A stretch of DNA of 27,345 bases from a virus (taxonomy: Duplodnaviria; Caudoviricetes). The notes beneath the pieces are model-generated. The model ran no database searches. It was not told the DNA's origin and worked only from the letters and a program-made list of their open reading frames with translations. The translations under genes and the position numbers were made by a program. Every line of letters starts with the position of its first letter. Position 1 is the stretch's first letter. This document shows, piece by piece, positions 25,598 through 27,345 of this stretch. The stretch is taken from positions 1 to 27,345 of IMG/VR virus record IMGVR_UViG_3300048893_000050; one strand, written 5' to 3'.

Positions 25598-25794
25598 TGT
25601 TTCCTCCTAACGGTAAATGTAACTTGGCCTTCAAACTCGGAATTATTCCCATCTGGAATATTCACTGTGATTGAATGCTCATCGCCTTTGTCTTGCATGA
25701 CCAAAGCGTGCTTTAAAAATGTGAACGTACCAGCAAGCCATTTATCGAATACTTGCCTTTGCTGATCGTCAGCAAATGGGATTTGATCTTCCAT
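25594..25794 (-). CDS. Hypothetical protein
   Basis: Tightly coupled (TAATG, ATGA) within the minus-strand run. SD GAGGA. Confidence 0.65.
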   Translation of the reverse strand: MEDQIPFADDQQRQVFDKWLAGTFTFLKHALVMQDKGDEHSITVNIPDGNNSEFEGQVTFTVRRKQ

Positions 25795-25988
25795 TAGTCC
25801 TCTATGAGTTTGAGTGTTACTGTCACCTTATTGGTGAGCGGATCGCCACCAAAATTTTTAGAACATTTAGCAAGGAAGTCATCAATCTTTGGGTCTGTGA
25901 AATCGGCCATAATCGGCTCGTAAACTTTCAATTTAGATGTCATTGATTTTTGACTATCTTTTATTTTAACAATTATTTCAGTCGCCAT
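25794..25988 (-). CDS. Hypothetical protein
   Basis: Start reassigned to ATG 25988 (MATEIIVK), giving a short overlap with the upstream gene. Confidence 0.6.
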   Translation of the reverse strand: MATEIIVKIKDSQKSMTSKLKVYEPIMADFTDPKIDDFLAKCSKNFGGDPLTNKVTVTLKLIED

Positions 25989-26181
25989 CTTGCCCCATTT
26001 GGTTATGTAAATCGTTCCAGTCTTCATCCCTTTCTTCTTCATTATCAAAGTAAAGAATTTCGTGTTGTTTATCTATAAAATCAATTCTAATACATTTATC
26101 GCCATTTTCAGCGGTAAAGCGTCCTACGCTTTTCACTTGCCTTGGGTTAACGGCATAATCACTTAAAGTAAAAAATTTCAT
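25978..26181 (-). CDS. Hypothetical protein
   Basis: ATGA-coupled to the nuclease gene. Small beta-rich, acidic phage-type protein. Confidence 0.65.
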   Translation of the reverse strand: MKFFTLSDYAVNPRQVKSVGRFTAENGDKCIRIDFIDKQHEILYFDNEEERDEDWNDLHNQMGQDGD

Positions 26182-26555
26182 GCTTTCACTATTTTGATTT
26201 CTATTGGGTATAAATCCTCAACCATTTTGCGCTTAGCAATGCTTAGAGCAGTGTCCTTGCCCTTTGTATCAATGAACTCAATATCTCCGTTCTCGTAAAA
26301 GACTACGAAGTCCACTACGTATTTAACTCCTCCAGGAAGGTGGAAGGGAGTTTGTCGAAGGAAGAATAGTATTTCTCCTGCTTTTTCCCTGAGTTTGAGT
26401 TGTGCGTAATAACGTGCTTCAAGGAGCGAAGGGAATTTGATTCCGTCAGATTCACAACGGACCGCTTTGAATTTATGGCGTTTGACTTTGTTTTTTTTCT
26501 TGTGCTCATTCAATTCCTCAAGATTCATAATTCTTTTTTTCATGCTTTTTAACAT
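26178..26555 (-). CDS. DUF1064-like PD-(D/E)XK endonuclease
   Basis: DGIKF.S..EA.YY..L, RQ.PF.LP, Y..DF and D.KG motifs. Exact start uncertain. Confidence 0.85.
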   Translation of the reverse strand: MLKSMKKRIMNLEELNEHKKKNKVKRHKFKAVRCESDGIKFPSLLEARYYAQLKLREKAGEILFFLRQTPFHLPGGVKYVVDFVVFYENGDIEFIDTKGKDTALSIAKRKMVEDLYPIEIKIVKA

Positions 26556-26857
26556 TGTTTTAAAATCTCCAGGAATTCGTTTTCATTAGATAAATTCAAA
26601 GATTTTATAACGTCTTTATATTCGTCATACCAATTGATTTTCTCTCGACTGAGAGCCGTTTCGTGCATCAATGCGAGCAATTTCATTTTGTTTTTACGAA
26701 GGAAATCACCTAATTTCAAATAAGAATTCATGGCTGTTTGATCTGAAATAAACCCATGATTGGCCAAAAACTCTAATGAATTCAATGCTTCATAAAAGAT
26801 TTTGGTATTCGCTTCGTCTTGCAATTCAGCGATGCTAAGTTGTCTTTGTTTTCCCAT
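26549..26857 (-). CDS. Hypothetical protein
   Basis: Start reassigned to ATG 26857 (MGKQRQ), preceded by GAGGA. Confidence 0.6.
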   Translation of the reverse strand: MGKQRQLSIAELQDEANTKIFYEALNSLEFLANHGFISDQTAMNSYLKLGDFLRKNKMKLLALMHETALSREKINWYDEYKDVIKSLNLSNENEFLEILKQC

Positions 26858-27017
26858 CTTTCCTCGCTTTGATTGTGTCACGATAAGCCCGATGGTAACA
26901 AGCACCACAAAGACCCTTGGAATAATGCTTGCGGTCTGTGGTCTGGCAACACAAGCACGAGTCGAAACGCTGCGACCAAACGCCTTTTTTCCGAACTGTG
27001 ATTGAAATTTCTGCCAT
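26835..27017 (-). CDS. Small zinc-finger protein
   Basis: C-x2-C-x6-H-x2-KGLC-x2-CY motif. ATG at 27017 preceded by AAGGTGAG. Confidence 0.7.
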   Translation of the reverse strand: MAEISITVRKKGVWSQRFDSCLCCQTTDRKHYSKGLCGACYHRAYRDTIKARKDGKTKTT

Positions 27018-27162
27018 TTTTTTTCTCACCTTGGTCTATGCTTGGAATGGTATATGAACGAAATATATATTGCGATGGTATTTTTCTTGAGTTAATATAA
27101 TGTCGTTTGTTAATATTCAATCATATCAAAAGCAGCTCAGTGTGAGCGGTTTACGATGAAAC

Positions 27163-27189
27163 AAAAAAGGCAGTGCGCTAACACTGCCT
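27163..27189 (-). terminator. Intrinsic terminator-like hairpin oriented on the minus strand
   Basis: 8-bp stem AGGCAGTG/CACTGCCT with a 6-nt loop, followed by a U-run on the minus strand. Confidence 0.55.
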
Positions 27190-27218
27190 AAAAATACCAA
27201 TAAACTATAGGAGTCATT

Positions 27219-27345
27219 ATGACAACTTTTCTAAGTGAAGTCCAGCTAAACAAACTCGTTCCAAGCGTGTTTGCTACTGGTGGTGCAGCTCGTGTTTCTG
27301 AGAAATACGGTTTCATCCCCACAATTGAAGTGGTTCGCGGACTTG
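27219..27345 (+). CDS. DUF932-like protein, N-terminal part (runs off the window)
   Basis: SD AGGAG then ATG. MTTFLSEVQLNKLVPSVFA...RVSEKYGFIPTIEVV resembles the PSVF...S.RY..IPT motif of DUF932 (YafZ/YfjQ-like) proteins. Confidence 0.75.
   Translation, partial: MTTFLSEVQLNKLVPSVFATGGAARVSEKYGFIPTIEVVRGL

Larger units (their letters stand above)
1..27345. mobile_element. Contractile-tailed phage/prophage segment (packaging, head, tail, baseplate and flanking early genes); ends not in window
   Basis: Terminase, portal, protease, capsid, sheath, tube, tape measure and baseplate genes occur in canonical order. No integrase, att site or host housekeeping gene was seen. Confidence 0.97.

Noticed and set aside
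1-27345. tRNA, rRNA, CRISPR array, integrase, reverse transcriptase/DGR, intron or intein
   Set aside because: No supporting motifs or repeats were seen by eye. A covariance-model or repeat search was not run.

Overview
The whole window is part of a tailed phage or prophage genome with a contractile tail (myovirus type). The minus strand carries one long morphogenesis operon: small accessory genes and a DUF1064-like nuclease, a ParB-like/ABC ATPase/GNAT cassette, TerS, TerL, DUF1073-type portal, MuF/gp7 head protein, DUF2213-type protease/scaffold, decoration protein, DUF2184-type major capsid, neck proteins, an enlarged DUF3383-type sheath, tube, tail assembly chaperone, a short tape measure, baseplate genes, two short fibre genes, a Cys-rich protein, a lipoprotein and a small membrane protein. 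Plus-strand recombination genes converge on it from the left, and a DUF932-like gene starts divergently at the right edge. Family names come from motif recognition and gene order, not from database searches. The most notable observations are: (1) a dnaX-like -1 frameshift signal that fuses the ABC ATPase to the GNAT next to the terminase; (2) one ~95-aa module inserted 7 times into four different virion proteins, nested three levels deep in the sheath; (3) the TerS C-terminal peptide ILDLPDNGxR repeated at the C-terminus of an unrelated Cys-rich protein; (4) a 17-bp palindrome present twice, both times on stop codons; (5) a truncated MuF CRC motif; and (6) tentative signs of a Chlamydiota host with no endolysin in the window.
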